A stretch of DNA of 64,000 bases from contig CAUVXB020000002.1 in the NCBI GenBank assembly GCA_963555825.3, positions 160,001 to 224,000 of the forward strand, written 5' to 3'. Origin of the DNA: Alphaproteobacteria bacterium (lineage in GTDB: Bacteria; Pseudomonadota; Alphaproteobacteria; JAAXGF01). The notes under the pieces were generated by a model, which saw only the letters and a list, made by a program, of their open reading frames with translations, ran no database searches and had not been told where the DNA came from. The position numbers and the translations under genes are program-made. Of this stretch, positions 24,430 to 36,543 are shown one piece after another. Each line of letters opens with the position of its first letter. Position 1 is the first letter of the stretch.

Positions 24430-25134
24430 GTGGTCGACGTTCGAGAATTGCCGCGTCAGGAACTCGAAGGCATGCTCGCCGCCGGCGAGGACATCGTGGA
24501 GTGGTACCGCGTGCTGCAAAAGACCGGCGACAATATCGTCGGCGAGGTGCTGCGCGATCAGGGCAAGTTTTACGAATGGAACCACTACCCGAAGGGCGAC
24601 GTCTACGACAACGAAACCCATTCACAACATTTCTATCACGCCCACCCGACCGACCAGCGGGACGGCGAGCACGGCCATTTTCACACCTTCCTGCGCGCCA
24701 AGGGCATGCCCAAGGGCATCAAGCCTGCGCCCTACGACGGCGACGTCGAGTGGCCCAAGGGCAACGACGCCCTGAGCCACCTGATCGGCATCTCGATGGA
24801 TCGCAAGGGGTTTCCCATCGCGCTGTTCACCACCAACCGCTGGGTCACCGGCGAGGCCTGGTATGTCATGGATGACGTCCTTGCCATGGTCGAACGCTTC
24901 GACATCGACCACGCACGCCCGTCGTGGCCGGTGAACCGCTGGATCACCGCAATGGTCCGCTTGTACCGCCCCGACATCCGTGAGCTGATCGTGGCGCGCG
25001 ACGCCGCCGTCGAGGCGTGGCGCGCACATCACCCGGACCGCGACGTCTTCGAGGACCGCGAGTTCGAGATCGCCTCGCGTCAGAAGATTTCGGTCGACAA
25101 GAGAATCGCCGAAGTGCGGGCGGCACTCAGATAA
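24430..25134 (+). CDS. Conserved His-rich hypothetical protein (DUF6969-like)
   Basis: HYP.GDVYD, FYHAH, EHGHFHTF, HLIGISMD, LFTTNRWVTGE; typical high-GC codon usage. Confidence 0.8.
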   Translation: MVDVRELPRQELEGMLAAGEDIVEWYRVLQKTGDNIVGEVLRDQGKFYEWNHYPKGDVYDNETHSQHFYHAHPTDQRDGEHGHFHTFLRAKGMPKGIKPAPYDGDVEWPKGNDALSHLIGISMDRKGFPIALFTTNRWVTGEAWYVMDDVLAMVERFDIDHARPSWPVNRWITAMVRLYRPDIRELIVARDAAVEAWRAHHPDRDVFEDREFEIASRQKISVDKRIAEVRAALR

Positions 25135-25227
25135 GCGCCGCCCGCACCCCGGTCGAGGAGAACGCCGTCTCGCTTGGGGGGACGGGCGAAGGCGGCGTCA
25201 CCTGGCGAACGGACTAGCGCGGAATCC

Positions 25228-25488
25228 CTAGTTCGACGTCGCCGCGCAGGGATTGCAGGGATTGCAAGCCGACGCCGCACAAGGATTGCACGGGTTGCAC
25301 GCGCTCGCGGCGCAGGGGTTGCACGCGGCGCACGGGTTGCACGGATTCGACGCCGCGCAGGGATTGCACGGATTACACGCACCGCAGACGGCCGCTGCCG
25401 GCGCGCATGTGGCATGCGCCGGAACGGCGACCGCGGTAACCGCGAATCCGGCCATGCCGGCGGCGGCGAGTAGTTTCTTAACCGACAT
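25228..25488 (-). CDS. Small secreted Cys-rich (NPC)n repeat peptide; native 5' end displaced to 28590-28609
   Basis: Signal peptide ending AHA; 60-aa mature part with 15 Cys and 10 NPC motifs; current ATG lies inside the IS1380 end. Confidence 0.82.
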   Translation of the reverse strand: MSVKKLLAAAGMAGFAVTAVAVPAHATCAPAAAVCGACNPCNPCAASNPCNPCAACNPCAASACNPCNPCAASACNPCNPCAATSN

Positions 25489-27123
25489 TCCCCATATACC
25501 ATCCAAATTCGTGGAAATCGTACCACTTTCCCACCGCCAAGGGAACTGTATCCCCTATGCAGCCATCCGATGGCATGATTTTGGTAATCGGCCCGCGCTT
25601 GGAAGGCCACTCGGTCATTTTTCTCGCCATCCAGACACACCTCTCCTGTCGCTTTCTCCTCGCCGTCGATTCCCTCGGCCTACGCCGGAGCGGGTCTTCG
25701 TCGCAGATCATCAATCAAGCTCAGGATTTTCCGGAACAGGTCCCTCGGCACCGCCACCTCAGCCAATTGGAACGTAACGTAGCGGCCATGTCGGACAACC
25801 TTGGCCCCGATCTTCACCAGCTTGTCGCGCAACGTCGTCATCGACCAGTGCTCCACCTCCTTCGGCAAAGCCAGTGTCCTCATGAAGTTGCCCAGATTGT
25901 AGGCCAGGGCGTGAAGCTGGAGCCGAACGGCATTGTTGCGGAACTTGCGACATGACAGACGGGTCCAGTTGATGGCGTTCTTGCCTTCCTTGATGTGCTG
26001 CTCCGCCGTGCCACGGTGATTATAGAACGCCACCACCCGCTTGGTAGGGCGCGACAGATTAGTGACGATGAAACCGACGCGAGGAACCAGCTCGCCGGGG
26101 TGCCACTCCACTTTGGCCACGACACGGCGCTTCTTGTTCCACGATCCGGCCTGATAGCTGAAGCTGGCGTGGAAACGGCGAACATGGTCGGGCGGGCGAC
26201 CGACAGGTCGCGTAAGCAGATGGGCAATGTTCCGCTGGAGAATCGCGTTCGCTTTGAGGCGGATGACGTAGAGTAATCCCTCGGCTTCGAGATATTCGTA
26301 TATCTCCGGTGAGGCGAAGGCGGCATCGCCACGAAAATACAGCCGCACCTTCCTTTCCTTATAGCGCATCACCACCGGCTCCAGAACATTCCGCCATCCG
26401 TCGGCACTGTGAACATTACCGGGGCGCAGGGAACATCTCTCCAAGTCGCCGAACTGGTTGAACAGGAATAGCGGATGCTAGCAGGTACAGCCGAAGTGAC
26501 CATTGTACGCTGTTCCCTCTTGTTCGCCATGGGTCGGGCTGACGCTGCTGTCCATGTCGAGAATGATCATCTTCGGCGGATGGCGGTCATGAACCTTGTC
26601 GATCCACACCCCGTTCATGTCGACCAAGGCTTCAACGTTCTCGTCGGTGGCCAATAGCTCCGTCTCGAAGCGTCCCATCTGGCTGGTGGAAGCGGCCTGT
26701 CTTTCGATGGCCTTGCCGCCAACAATCCAGCGCATGGCGGGATCGCGTCCCAGACGGTCGGCGTCGTTCACATCGTCATAGCCGCCAAGGCGCCCGAAAA
26801 CGGACTGGCGAAACTGACCCGTCATGCCGTGCCATCCGTTCTTGCCGGTACGGCTATCCTGGAAAACACCCTCGGCCATCTCAGTCAGGCCGAGGGCATC
26901 GTCAAGCTCCCGGTAGGCGAGCAACCCGGCATCAGAGGTGATCTTGGAACCGTGGAATTCAAGCTTCAATCGACGGTCAAAAACGACCCGAAGGCACCCC
27001 GGTTTCGATTCACCCATCGGGTGTGCCATATCCGCCGCTCCATGTATGCTACAACTTCATGATTCTTATAGCAGAATCGCCTTCTCGCCGCACTGAATAT
27101 CGACGATACTTGGGAAATGCGGG
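25482..27123 (-). mobile_element. IS1380 family element (1642 bp, 5-bp TSD)
   Basis: IRs CCGACATTCCCCA / CCCGCATTTCCCA; CTTAA at 25477-25481 and 27124-27128. Confidence 0.88.
25680..27029 (-). pseudogene. IS1380 transposase with internal amber stop
   Basis: ITSDAG, LDMDSS, YNGHFGCTC*HPL (TAG at 26478-26480), RGDAAF, YNHRGTAEQHIKEGK. Confidence 0.9.
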
Positions 27124-27128
27124 CTTAA

Positions 27129-28589
27129 CAGCCCGTTGATTAAGTGGCTTTTTCCGGCTCTCACTCCCAGATGAGGAATGCGGCGGCGAAAACCGTCTGG
27201 CCGCTTTGCGAGACCCCCAGTGCGACCAGCATGGCCCCGGTGGGCGTGAGCAGCACGAAAATACCGCCATATCCGCCCGCCACGGCCTCGCGCGGGGTGC
27301 CGGCGCCGATGAGTTGGCGCATCAGCAACGATAGGTTGTGGCCGGCGACGTGGAGCAGGTATCGCTTGTGCACGTTCTCGCGGCCCCGAAGCCAGGTCCG
27401 GCGCATGCCGCCGCGATCGAGGTTGTGGGCGAAGGAGCGCTCGACGATCTCGGCGCGCAGCTTGAAGGCTTGCTTGGCCACCCCCGATAACAGCCGGGTC
27501 CGGTTGTTGGTGACCGCGCGCCGCGCCGCCTCGTCGCCGCGCCAGCGCGCGAAGCCCTTCTGCTTGGGCTCGGCGATCCGGGTCTTCCACGGGCCGTTGT
27601 CCAAGGCCTTCAAGACCGCCCGTGAGTGATAGCCTTTGTCGGTCACACATTCGGCCGGGTCCTCTGCCGTCGGCGCCGCGTCAACGCTCGCAAGGTTCTC
27701 CTTGGCCGTCTCCAACGTTTTGGGAAGCGTCGTCGTGTCGCCCTCGTCGGCCGGGTGCAGCTCGGCGGCCACCACCGCGCCGGTGTCCAGATCCACCGCG
27801 TGCTCGGGCTTGTAGGCCAGATGCGTCGTGCCGTCCTTCATCTTGGCGATCTTGGCCTCGGGGTCGCTCTTCGAAACCCAGTCCTCGTTGGAAAGCTTCT
27901 TGCCCTTGCGCTTGCGGTCCAGACGCGCCAGGTCCTCGGCCGTGGGCGTCTCGATGCCGCTCTCCCGGGCCAGGTGCTCCAGCATCTCCCGGTAGCCTTC
28001 ACCCGTGTCGCGCCGCACGATGTTGCGCAGCGCCGCGTTGGCCTCCATGGTCGAGGCATCCACCCCGATGCGCTCGCCCTTCACCAGACCCGCCTCGCCG
28101 ATCAAGGCCAGAACCCAGTCGAAGACCGCCGCGTGGACTTCATGGGGCAGGCGCGCGCGGGTCTTCGACAGCCAGGAATGGTCCGGCACCCGCTCACGGC
28201 TCCCCAGTCGCAGGAACTCCCGCAGCGACAGGGAATCCGAGCAACGCCACTCCAGACCGCGCTCTGAGTCGATGCCCTCGAAGTAGCCCACCAGGTGCAT
28301 GCGGAAATAGCGCCCGGGCGGCACCGAGGGCGCGCCCATCCTGGCCGCGTAATAGGGCCGGCAGCTCGCCTCGGCAAAGGCGTCGAAGCCGCCCTCGATC
28401 AGCACCGACTGCAGGCGGTCGTAAAACACATGACCCGGCGAGCGCGGCATCTCCGCCCAGCCCACCATCAAGTCCCCCTGACGATCCTTCTGCTGTCCCA
28501 TCGCCATCGGCGAATCCTCCGGTCAAATCAGAACATCAAAGAATCAGACCAGGCCGCTTGCGTCCAGTGCCGACTTCGTCAACGGGCTG
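27129..28589 (-). mobile_element. IS1182 family element (TTAA target)
   Basis: IR CAGCCCGTTGA / TCAACGGGCTG; TTAA at 27125-27128 and 28590-28593. Confidence 0.88.
27161..28507 (-). CDS. IS1182 family transposase
   Basis: PDHSWLS, GVDAST, DPEAKI, TDKGYHS, RAEIVERSFAH. Confidence 0.9.
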   Translation of the reverse strand: MAMGQQKDRQGDLMVGWAEMPRSPGHVFYDRLQSVLIEGGFDAFAEASCRPYYAARMGAPSVPPGRYFRMHLVGYFEGIDSERGLEWRCSDSLSLREFLRLGSRERVPDHSWLSKTRARLPHEVHAAVFDWVLALIGEAGLVKGERIGVDASTMEANAALRNIVRRDTGEGYREMLEHLARESGIETPTAEDLARLDRKRKGKKLSNEDWVSKSDPEAKIAKMKDGTTHLAYKPEHAVDLDTGAVVAAELHPADEGDTTTLPKTLETAKENLASVDAAPTAEDPAECVTDKGYHSRAVLKALDNGPWKTRIAEPKQKGFARWRGDEAARRAVTNNRTRLLSGVAKQAFKLRAEIVERSFAHNLDRGGMRRTWLRGRENVHKRYLLHVAGHNLSLLMRQLIGAGTPREAVAGGYGGIFVLLTPTGAMLVALGVSQSGQTVFAAAFLIWE

Positions 28590-28973
28590 TTAAACAATGA
28601 CATAGGCATTTGGAATGTCTCCTTGTCCCAGTACGAGATGGCTCCCAGTCACACCGGGACGCAACGGCACGGATGATTGAAATCCTGCGTGTTCGCCCGC
28701 CCCAGGCTGTAACCAATCCATACGGGGAAATATGCCCGGCGCAAAGTCCCCCGCAACCTGCCTCTCGGCATTGTGAACCGTCGTGAGCCCCGCCGCACCG
28801 CGGAGACTGGCTCGGCACCCCTACAGTGTTCCGCACCAGATCACCTGTCGCATGCGATGGTTGCGTTGTGACGCGGAAAGCCGCATAAACCCTCTACAAA
28901 AGGAGACCGTCGGAACGACGGATCGCGCCATCGGGATAGACCGCTCGCCACCAGCGAGCGAGGGGGACCGCCG

Positions 28974-29795
28974 ATGTCCAAACAAAAGCACGACCATCGC
29001 ATCACCGCGCCCGATCTGGCCAAGCGCAAGGGCGCGACGCCGATCGTCTGCCTGACCGCCTACACCGCGCCGGTCGCCAAGGTGCTCGACGCCCACGCCG
29101 ATCTGCTGCTGGTCGGCGATTCGGTCGGCATGGTGATCTACGGCATGGAATCGACGCTCGGCGTCACGGTCGACATGATGATCGCCCATGGCGCCGCCGT
29201 GATGCGCGCGACGCGCAACGCCTGCGTCGTCATCGATCTGCCCTTCGGCAGCTTCGAGGCCTCGCCGCAAGCGGCCTTCGAGACCGCCGCGCGGATCATC
29301 GCCGCGACCGGCTGCTCGGCGGTCAAGCTCGAGGGCGGCGTTGTCATGACCGACACCGTGCGTTTCCTCACCGAGCGCGGTGTCCCGGTCATGGGACACG
29401 TCGGGCTCAAGCCGCAATCCGTCCACGCGGTCGGCGGTTATCCGGTGCTGGGCCGCGGCGAAGCCGAAGCCGAGGGCATCCGCGCCGACGCGCGCGCCAT
29501 CGCCGACGCCGGCGCCTTCGCAATCGTGCTCGAAAACGTCGTAGAACCGCTGGCCCGGCAAGTCACCGAGGATGTCGCGGTACCGACCATCGGCATCGGC
29601 GCGTCGGCCGCCTGCGATGGCCAGATTCTGGTCACCGACGACATGGCCGGCATGTTCACGACCTTCACGCCCAGGTTCGTCAAACGCTATGCCGAGCTCG
29701 CCGAGACCCTCGACGGCGCCGCCGCGGCCTACGCCGAGGAGGTGCGCCAGCGCCGCTTTCCCGGTCCCGAGCACTGCGCGCCGGGCGACGACTGA
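28974..29795 (+). CDS. panB: 3-methyl-2-oxobutanoate hydroxymethyltransferase
   Basis: [38 protein letters not shown]...DGQILV. Confidence 0.97.
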   Translation: MSKQKHDHRITAPDLAKRKGATPIVCLTAYTAPVAKVLDAHADLLLVGDSVGMVIYGMESTLGVTVDMMIAHGAAVMRATRNACVVIDLPFGSFEASPQAAFETAARIIAATGCSAVKLEGGVVMTDTVRFLTERGVPVMGHVGLKPQSVHAVGGYPVLGRGEAEAEGIRADARAIADAGAFAIVLENVVEPLARQVTEDVAVPTIGIGASAACDGQILVTDDMAGMFTTFTPRFVKRYAELAETLDGAAAAYAEEVRQRRFPGPEHCAPGDD

Positions 29796-29831
29796 GCCGG
29801 CATCCGATCACCAACGACCGAGGAGCGACAT

Positions 29832-31505
<1,674 letters not shown>

Positions 31506-31510
31506 TCGCG

Positions 31511-32041
31511 ATGACCTTCATCCGCACGATCGGCGACGACGAGGCCGAGGGCGCGGTCGCCAAGGTCTACGAGAAGGCGAAGGCGGAGGGTGGCGTCTAC
31601 GAGATCACCCGTCTCCTCAGCCTGTGGCCCGAGGCCATGGTCATGGAGGGCCGGCGCTACCAGACCGTGATGCTCGACGAGACGACGCTGACGCGCGCCG
31701 AGAAGGAGATGATCGCGACCGTCATCTCGGCCAAGAACCACTGCACCTATTGCTGGAAGCACCACATGCAATCGGTCATCGACGCCGGCGGCAACGCCCG
31801 CGTCGCCCGCCAGCTGGTCGACGATTACGCCAACGCCGACATCGACGCGCGGACCCGCGCGATGCTCGATTTCGCGGCCACGGCGCGCCCTCACGAGGCG
31901 ACCGAAGGCACCGTCGAGCGCCTGCGCGAGCACGGTTTCTCGGACCGCCAGATCCTCGAGATCATCATCGTCGCGGGCTTCTTCGAGGACTACAACCTGC
32001 GCGTCAGCATCTTCGGCCTCGAATTGGAAGACTGGGCCTGA
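31511..32041 (+). CDS. AhpD/carboxymuconolactone decarboxylase-like peroxidase-related protein
   Basis: EMIA...S..N.CTYC..HH; LREHGFSDRQILE. Confidence 0.85.
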   Translation: MTFIRTIGDDEAEGAVAKVYEKAKAEGGVYEITRLLSLWPEAMVMEGRRYQTVMLDETTLTRAEKEMIATVISAKNHCTYCWKHHMQSVIDAGGNARVARQLVDDYANADIDARTRAMLDFAATARPHEATEGTVERLREHGFSDRQILEIIIVAGFFEDYNLRVSIFGLELEDWA

Positions 32042-32108
32042 GCAAAGTTCTTGCGGCGGTCGGTGGGCGTGCATACGTCCCTATGAGCATCACCATCGGA
32101 GGCCCCGG

Positions 32109-32465
32109 ATGCTTGAAGAGCTCAACGGCCGCGACGGCAATACCGTCGGATTCAAGGTCACCGGAAGATTCACCGGCGGCCAGATGAAGGCGTTGGCCGA
32201 CCGCGTCGACGCGGTCGTCGCCGAGGCCGGGCCGGTGCGCTTGTTGGTCGAACTCAAGGATTTCCGAGGCATCGAAGTGGACGTGCTGTGGGAGAAGGCC
32301 AAGTTCGCCTTCGCCCACCCGCGCGACATCGAACGCATGGCCGTGGTCGGCGACCGCGCCTGGGAGGAATGGTGGGTCAAGATTGGCGGCACGCTCGCGC
32401 CCGCCGAGACGCGCTACTTCGACCACGACGACATCGACGCCGCCTGGGACTGGCTGATGCGCTAG
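32109..32465 (+). CDS. STAS/SEC14 (SpoIIAA-like) domain protein
   Basis: VRLLVE...F.G, R.AVVGD..W, RYF....AWDWL; GGAGG RBS. Confidence 0.85.
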   Translation: MLEELNGRDGNTVGFKVTGRFTGGQMKALADRVDAVVAEAGPVRLLVELKDFRGIEVDVLWEKAKFAFAHPRDIERMAVVGDRAWEEWWVKIGGTLAPAETRYFDHDDIDAAWDWLMR

Positions 32466-32545
32466 CGCCCTATTCAATATTTGCGACGAAATCCGAGCTA
32501 CGGACGTCCAACAATTGCGCGCGACGAGTCATTACAGTGTTTCGA

Positions 32546-32929
32546 CTAACCTCTATAAACGATGGCTTCATTTAGCGCATCAACGACCTGAGAAATGAAC
32601 TGACTATCGTGGCTTGTGAGGGCTTCCGATTCGCCTGACGCAGTGTTGAGTAAAACGGAGAATTTTTTCTTTTGCGCGATCCACCACACGATCGCACACG
32701 CGACCATAATTAACCCAATTACAGTTGCCCCAGCACCTGCAGCCAAAAAAAGCAGTCCAAAAATAAATAAAATTATTGGACCTGCACGAGATGGATCGTG
32801 CTGGTACGATTTAACAGACGTTATACCATTCATTGTAAAAGTTTGACCCTGTGCAATGAAACGCGTGTTCGTTACATTCACATTTCTGGAGTTGAAGAAG
32901 ACTATTTCTTCCATATTGTTTGTCCCCAT
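32546..32929 (-). CDS. Small membrane protein, DUF6232-like, AT-rich
   Basis: V.VTNTRF...GQTF....ITSV, two TMs, L.TASGE...L; visibly lower GC than flanks. Confidence 0.75.
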   Translation of the reverse strand: MGTNNMEEIVFFNSRNVNVTNTRFIAQGQTFTMNGITSVKSYQHDPSRAGPIILFIFGLLFLAAGAGATVIGLIMVACAIVWWIAQKKKFSVLLNTASGESEALTSHDSQFISQVVDALNEAIVYRG

Positions 32930-33159
32930 TAAAGTATTTTTCGATCAGTGAGAGGCGCCACACCTACGGCATGGGGATAATTCTGCGACGCATGATGCGC
33001 CTGGTACTCAGCATTCGGATCCACGATATTTTTTCACTCGCGGCCCAGCACAACGAACACCCTAAGGTACGAAAAGCGATTTGCCTCGTCAATCTGAAGT
33101 AGTGAGCAAAGTTTTGAATTCGCTGAGCAAATTGGTGGGGCTGAATTGGATCCACCGCG

Positions 33160-33810
33160 CTATTCCCATTTCGCCCGCGCATCGGGGTTGTGGACCGCGA
33201 GCATGCGTTGGACCGCGGGGCGCGCATGCACCAGGGCGAGCGCCCGCGCGACGTTCGGGAATTCGCGCAAATGCCGGTGGTGCGGCTGGTTCCACAGCGC
33301 CATGGTGTGCATGTAGAGGTCGCACACCGAGAACGCCTCGCCGAGCAGATAGGGCCCCGGATCGAGCGCGTCGTCGAGCATCGTCCAGGCGTTGCCGATC
33401 AACGCCGTCGCATTGGTCTCGACGCCGGCCGCCTGATTGGCCTCCGCGGTGAACCGCTCGGGATAGAAGTGCAGCATGTAGGCCGGCTGCAGCACCTCGG
33501 CCATGAAGAACAGCCACTGATAGCAGAGCCCGCGCGCCGCGCCGCCCGGCGCCGGCGCGAGGGCGGCCTCGGCGTGCTCGTCGGCGAGATGCAGCAGGAT
33601 CGCCGCTGACTGGTAAATGACCTGCGGCCCGGCCGGGTCGTTCTCATCGATCAGCACCGGGACCTTGCCCTGCGGGTTGAGCTTCAAAAAGTCAGGCGAA
33701 CGTGGCACTTCGATATCGACGTAATCGAGCGCGTAGGGCGCGCCGATTTCCTCGAGCGCGGCGTGCGCGCCCATCGCCGACGACGAAATCGTGTAGGACA
33801 GGCGGTACAT
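33160..33810 (-). CDS. Glutathione S-transferase family protein
   Basis: LNPQGKVPVL, QSAAILLHL, YLLGEAFSVCD; start ATG 33810. Confidence 0.93.
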   Translation of the reverse strand: MYRLSYTISSSAMGAHAALEEIGAPYALDYVDIEVPRSPDFLKLNPQGKVPVLIDENDPAGPQVIYQSAAILLHLADEHAEAALAPAPGGAARGLCYQWLFFMAEVLQPAYMLHFYPERFTAEANQAAGVETNATALIGNAWTMLDDALDPGPYLLGEAFSVCDLYMHTMALWNQPHHRHLREFPNVARALALVHARPAVQRMLAVHNPDARAKWE

Positions 33811-34930
33811 GATCAGTGTTCCCCTCGGATCGCAATGCCGGCCCGCACGACGCCGTGGCACGGGTTGGCGCCGATGCGGTAGGCGAGCTCGGCCGGCCGC
33901 TCGATGTCCCAGATCGCGAAGTCGGCGGCCTTGCCCACTTCCAGCGTGCCGTGGCTCGCGGCCATGCCGAGCGCCTGGGCGGCGTTGCGCGTGACCCCGG
34001 CGAGCGCCTCCTCGGGCGTCATGCGGAACAGGGTGCACGCCATGTTGAGCATCAACAGAAGCGAGGTGACCGGCGACGAACCGGGGTTCGAATCGGTCGC
34101 GATGGCGATCGGCACGCCGGCGGCGCGGAACGCGTCGATCGGCGGCAGCTTGGTCTCGCGCAGGAAGTAGAACGCGCCGGGCAGCAGCACCGCCACCGTG
34201 CACGCCGCCGCCATCGCCGCGACGCCGTCGTCGGACAGGAACTCGAGGTGGTCGGCGCTCAAGGCGCCGTAGCGCGCCGCGAGCTTGGCGCCGCCCTGGT
34301 CCGACAGTTGCTCGGCGTGGAGCTTGACCGGCAAGTCGAGCGCGCGCGCCGCGACGAACAACTGCTCGGTCTGCTTGGTCGTGAAGCCGATCGTCTCGCA
34401 GAAGCCGTCGACCGCGTCGACCAGGCTCTCGGCATGTGCGGCGGGCAGCGAATCGAGGCAAACGAAGTCGATGTAGTCGCCCGCGCGGCCCTCGTACTCG
34501 GGCGGCACCGCATGGGCGCCCAGGAAGCTCGTCTTGACGGTCAGCGGCAGCGCCTCGCCCAGGCGGCGCGCGACACGCAGCATCTTGACTTCGGTCTCGA
34601 CGTCGAGGCCATAGCCCGACTTGATCTCGATCGTCGTGACGCCTTCGGCGATGAGATCGGCGAGCCGCCGCGCGGCGCTTGTGAACAGGTCCTCCTCGCT
34701 CGCCGCGCGGGTCGCGGCGACGGTCGAGCGGATGCCGCCGCCGGCGCGCGAGATCTCCTCATAGGTCGCGCCCTCGAGGCGCAGCTCGAACTCGGCGGCG
34801 CGGCCGCCGCCGTAGACGATGTGGCTGTGGCAATCGATCAGCCCCGGCGTGATCCAGCGGCCGCCGACTGAGGTGGTCCCACTTTGTTGGACAGTTTGGC
34901 AGCGCGGTTAAGGTGTATTCCGTTGTTTGA

Positions 34931-35860
34931 TCATGCTGCCAAAATCCTTTTTATCACATCCTGTTGCTGTTGTTGAGCCTGTGGGGATGTGGGCAAGGCG
35001 CGAGCCTTGTCCATCATATCCACAGGTTGACCGGCCCCGTAGGCCTCGGCCGGCGTTTGACCGTCGAGGGACGAATGGGGCCGCTCGGTGTTGTAGAAGC
35101 CGATCCACTCGCCGATGACCCGTTCGGCGTGGAAGCCGTCGGTGAGCTCGTGTAGGTAGACCGCCTCATACTTGAGAGACCGCCACAGGCGCTCGATGAA
35201 GATGTTGTCCATGCAGCGGCCCCGACCGTCCATGGAGATGCGGATGCTCGCGTTCTTGAGCACGCCGGTGAAGTCGAGGCTGGTGAACTGGCTGCCCTGA
35301 TCCGTATTGAATATCTCCGGCTGGCCGTAGCGGGCCAGCGCGTCGCCCAAGGCCTCGGCGCAGAATCCAGCGTCCATGGTGTTCGACAGCCGCCAGGATA
35401 AAACGTGGCGCGTCGCCCAGTCCATGATCGCTACCAGGTACAGAAAGCCACGCTGGACGGGGATATAGGTGATGTCGGCGCACCAGACCCGATTGGGCTG
35501 GTCGATAGCCATCCCTTTGAGAAGATAAGGATAAATCCGGTGCATGGGATGCGGCACGCTGGTTCTCGGCGCCTGATAGATCGCCTCCAGGCCTATCAAT
35601 CGCATCAACCTGCGAACCCGGTGACGGCCGACGCAAACGCCGTCCCGCCGCAACTGGCGGACCATCTGGCGGCTGCCGTAGAACGGGTACTTCATGAACA
35701 ACTCGTCGATCCGACGCATCAGCGCCAGACTCGAAGGGCTCTCCCCCCTGGGCGCATAATAGAACGAGGACCGGCCGATCGAAAGCAGGCGGCATTGACG
35801 GCTCAAGCTCAGCTCGGGGGCGTCGCGTGTGATCATCGCCTTGCGCTCCCCCCGGCTCAT
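34931..35860 (-). CDS. IS3 OrfB transposase
   Basis: WCADITYI, NTDQGSQFT, DNIFIERLWRSLKYE. Confidence 0.95.
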   Translation of the reverse strand: MSRGERKAMITRDAPELSLSRQCRLLSIGRSSFYYAPRGESPSSLALMRRIDELFMKYPFYGSRQMVRQLRRDGVCVGRHRVRRLMRLIGLEAIYQAPRTSVPHPMHRIYPYLLKGMAIDQPNRVWCADITYIPVQRGFLYLVAIMDWATRHVLSWRLSNTMDAGFCAEALGDALARYGQPEIFNTDQGSQFTSLDFTGVLKNASIRISMDGRGRCMDNIFIERLWRSLKYEAVYLHELTDGFHAERVIGEWIGFYNTERPHSSLDGQTPAEAYGAGQPVDMMDKARALPTSPQAQQQQQDVIKRILAA

Positions 35861-36138
35861 CGCTTGAGCCCTCTGGCTAAAAAATCCCGTTCCACCGTCA
35901 GCTCGCCGATCTTGGCGTGAAGGTCGCGGACCTCGGATTCATGATCCCGGCAAGCGCGGTTGGCGCCGTTCGAAAACACTTCGCCCAGACCGTCCACCGC
36001 CTGGCGCTTCCAGGCGCTCACCTGGTTCGGATGCACCTTGTGCTTGGCCGCGATCTGCTGGATCGTCTTGTCGCCCCGCAGCGCTTCCAGCGCCACCCGG
36101 GCCTTGAATTCCGCCGTAAACCGGCGTCGATTCGTCAT
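35857..36138 (-). CDS. IS3 OrfA
   Basis: RRFTAEFKARVALEAL HTH; LHAKIGELTVERDFL. Confidence 0.93.
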   Translation of the reverse strand: MTNRRRFTAEFKARVALEALRGDKTIQQIAAKHKVHPNQVSAWKRQAVDGLGEVFSNGANRACRDHESEVRDLHAKIGELTVERDFLARGLKR

Positions 36139-36543
36139 CTCGTATTCCTCCGTTATCCGGTGGAATACACCTTAGCTCCCTGTCCGATTTTCTGGGACCA
36201 CCTCAGACGTCGTGCGCCGCGGCGGCGCAGTCCGCAGGCTCGGCCGGAAGTTTGGCGACGGGGCCGAGCCAGGCGATCCGGCCGTCGGCGACCGCGATCA
36301 CGGCGTCCTCGATGGCGCCGTAGGCCGCGCCGCCTACCGCCATGGTGGCGAGCCGCGCGTCGTACCACAGCGCATCCCAACCGGTGTCCATCGCCTGCCC
36401 CGTCGTTGCCGTCGTCCAGGCTTAGCGCCGAGCGGAGCAGCGCGCAACGCCCGCGTTCGGCCGATTGGATGTTACCGTGTGGCCTGTGCAGCGTTACGAC
36501 GCTTCAAGCTACGATCTGCCTCCATAGTGATGAGTGGTCGGTT

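Larger units (their letters stand above)
34869..36205 (-). mobile_element. IS3 family element (1337 bp, 3-bp TSD)
   Basis: IR TGAGGTGGTCCC; TSD GAC. Confidence 0.95.
33813..36391 (-). pseudogene. hutI: Imidazolonepropionase interrupted by IS3
   Basis: N-terminus 36206-36391, remainder 33813-34868 ([37 protein letters not shown]). Confidence 0.95.

Noticed and set aside
25228-25380. Short repeats as a possible CRISPR array
   Set aside because: In-frame coding repeats without unique spacers; no cas genes seen; the same applies to the rpoD repeats
26478-26480. In-frame TAG in the IS1380 transposase as possible pyrrolysine readthrough, given nearby MttB genes
   Set aside because: It replaces the Tyr of CYHPL by one substitution; the MttB genes have no amber codon and no pyl genes are in the window
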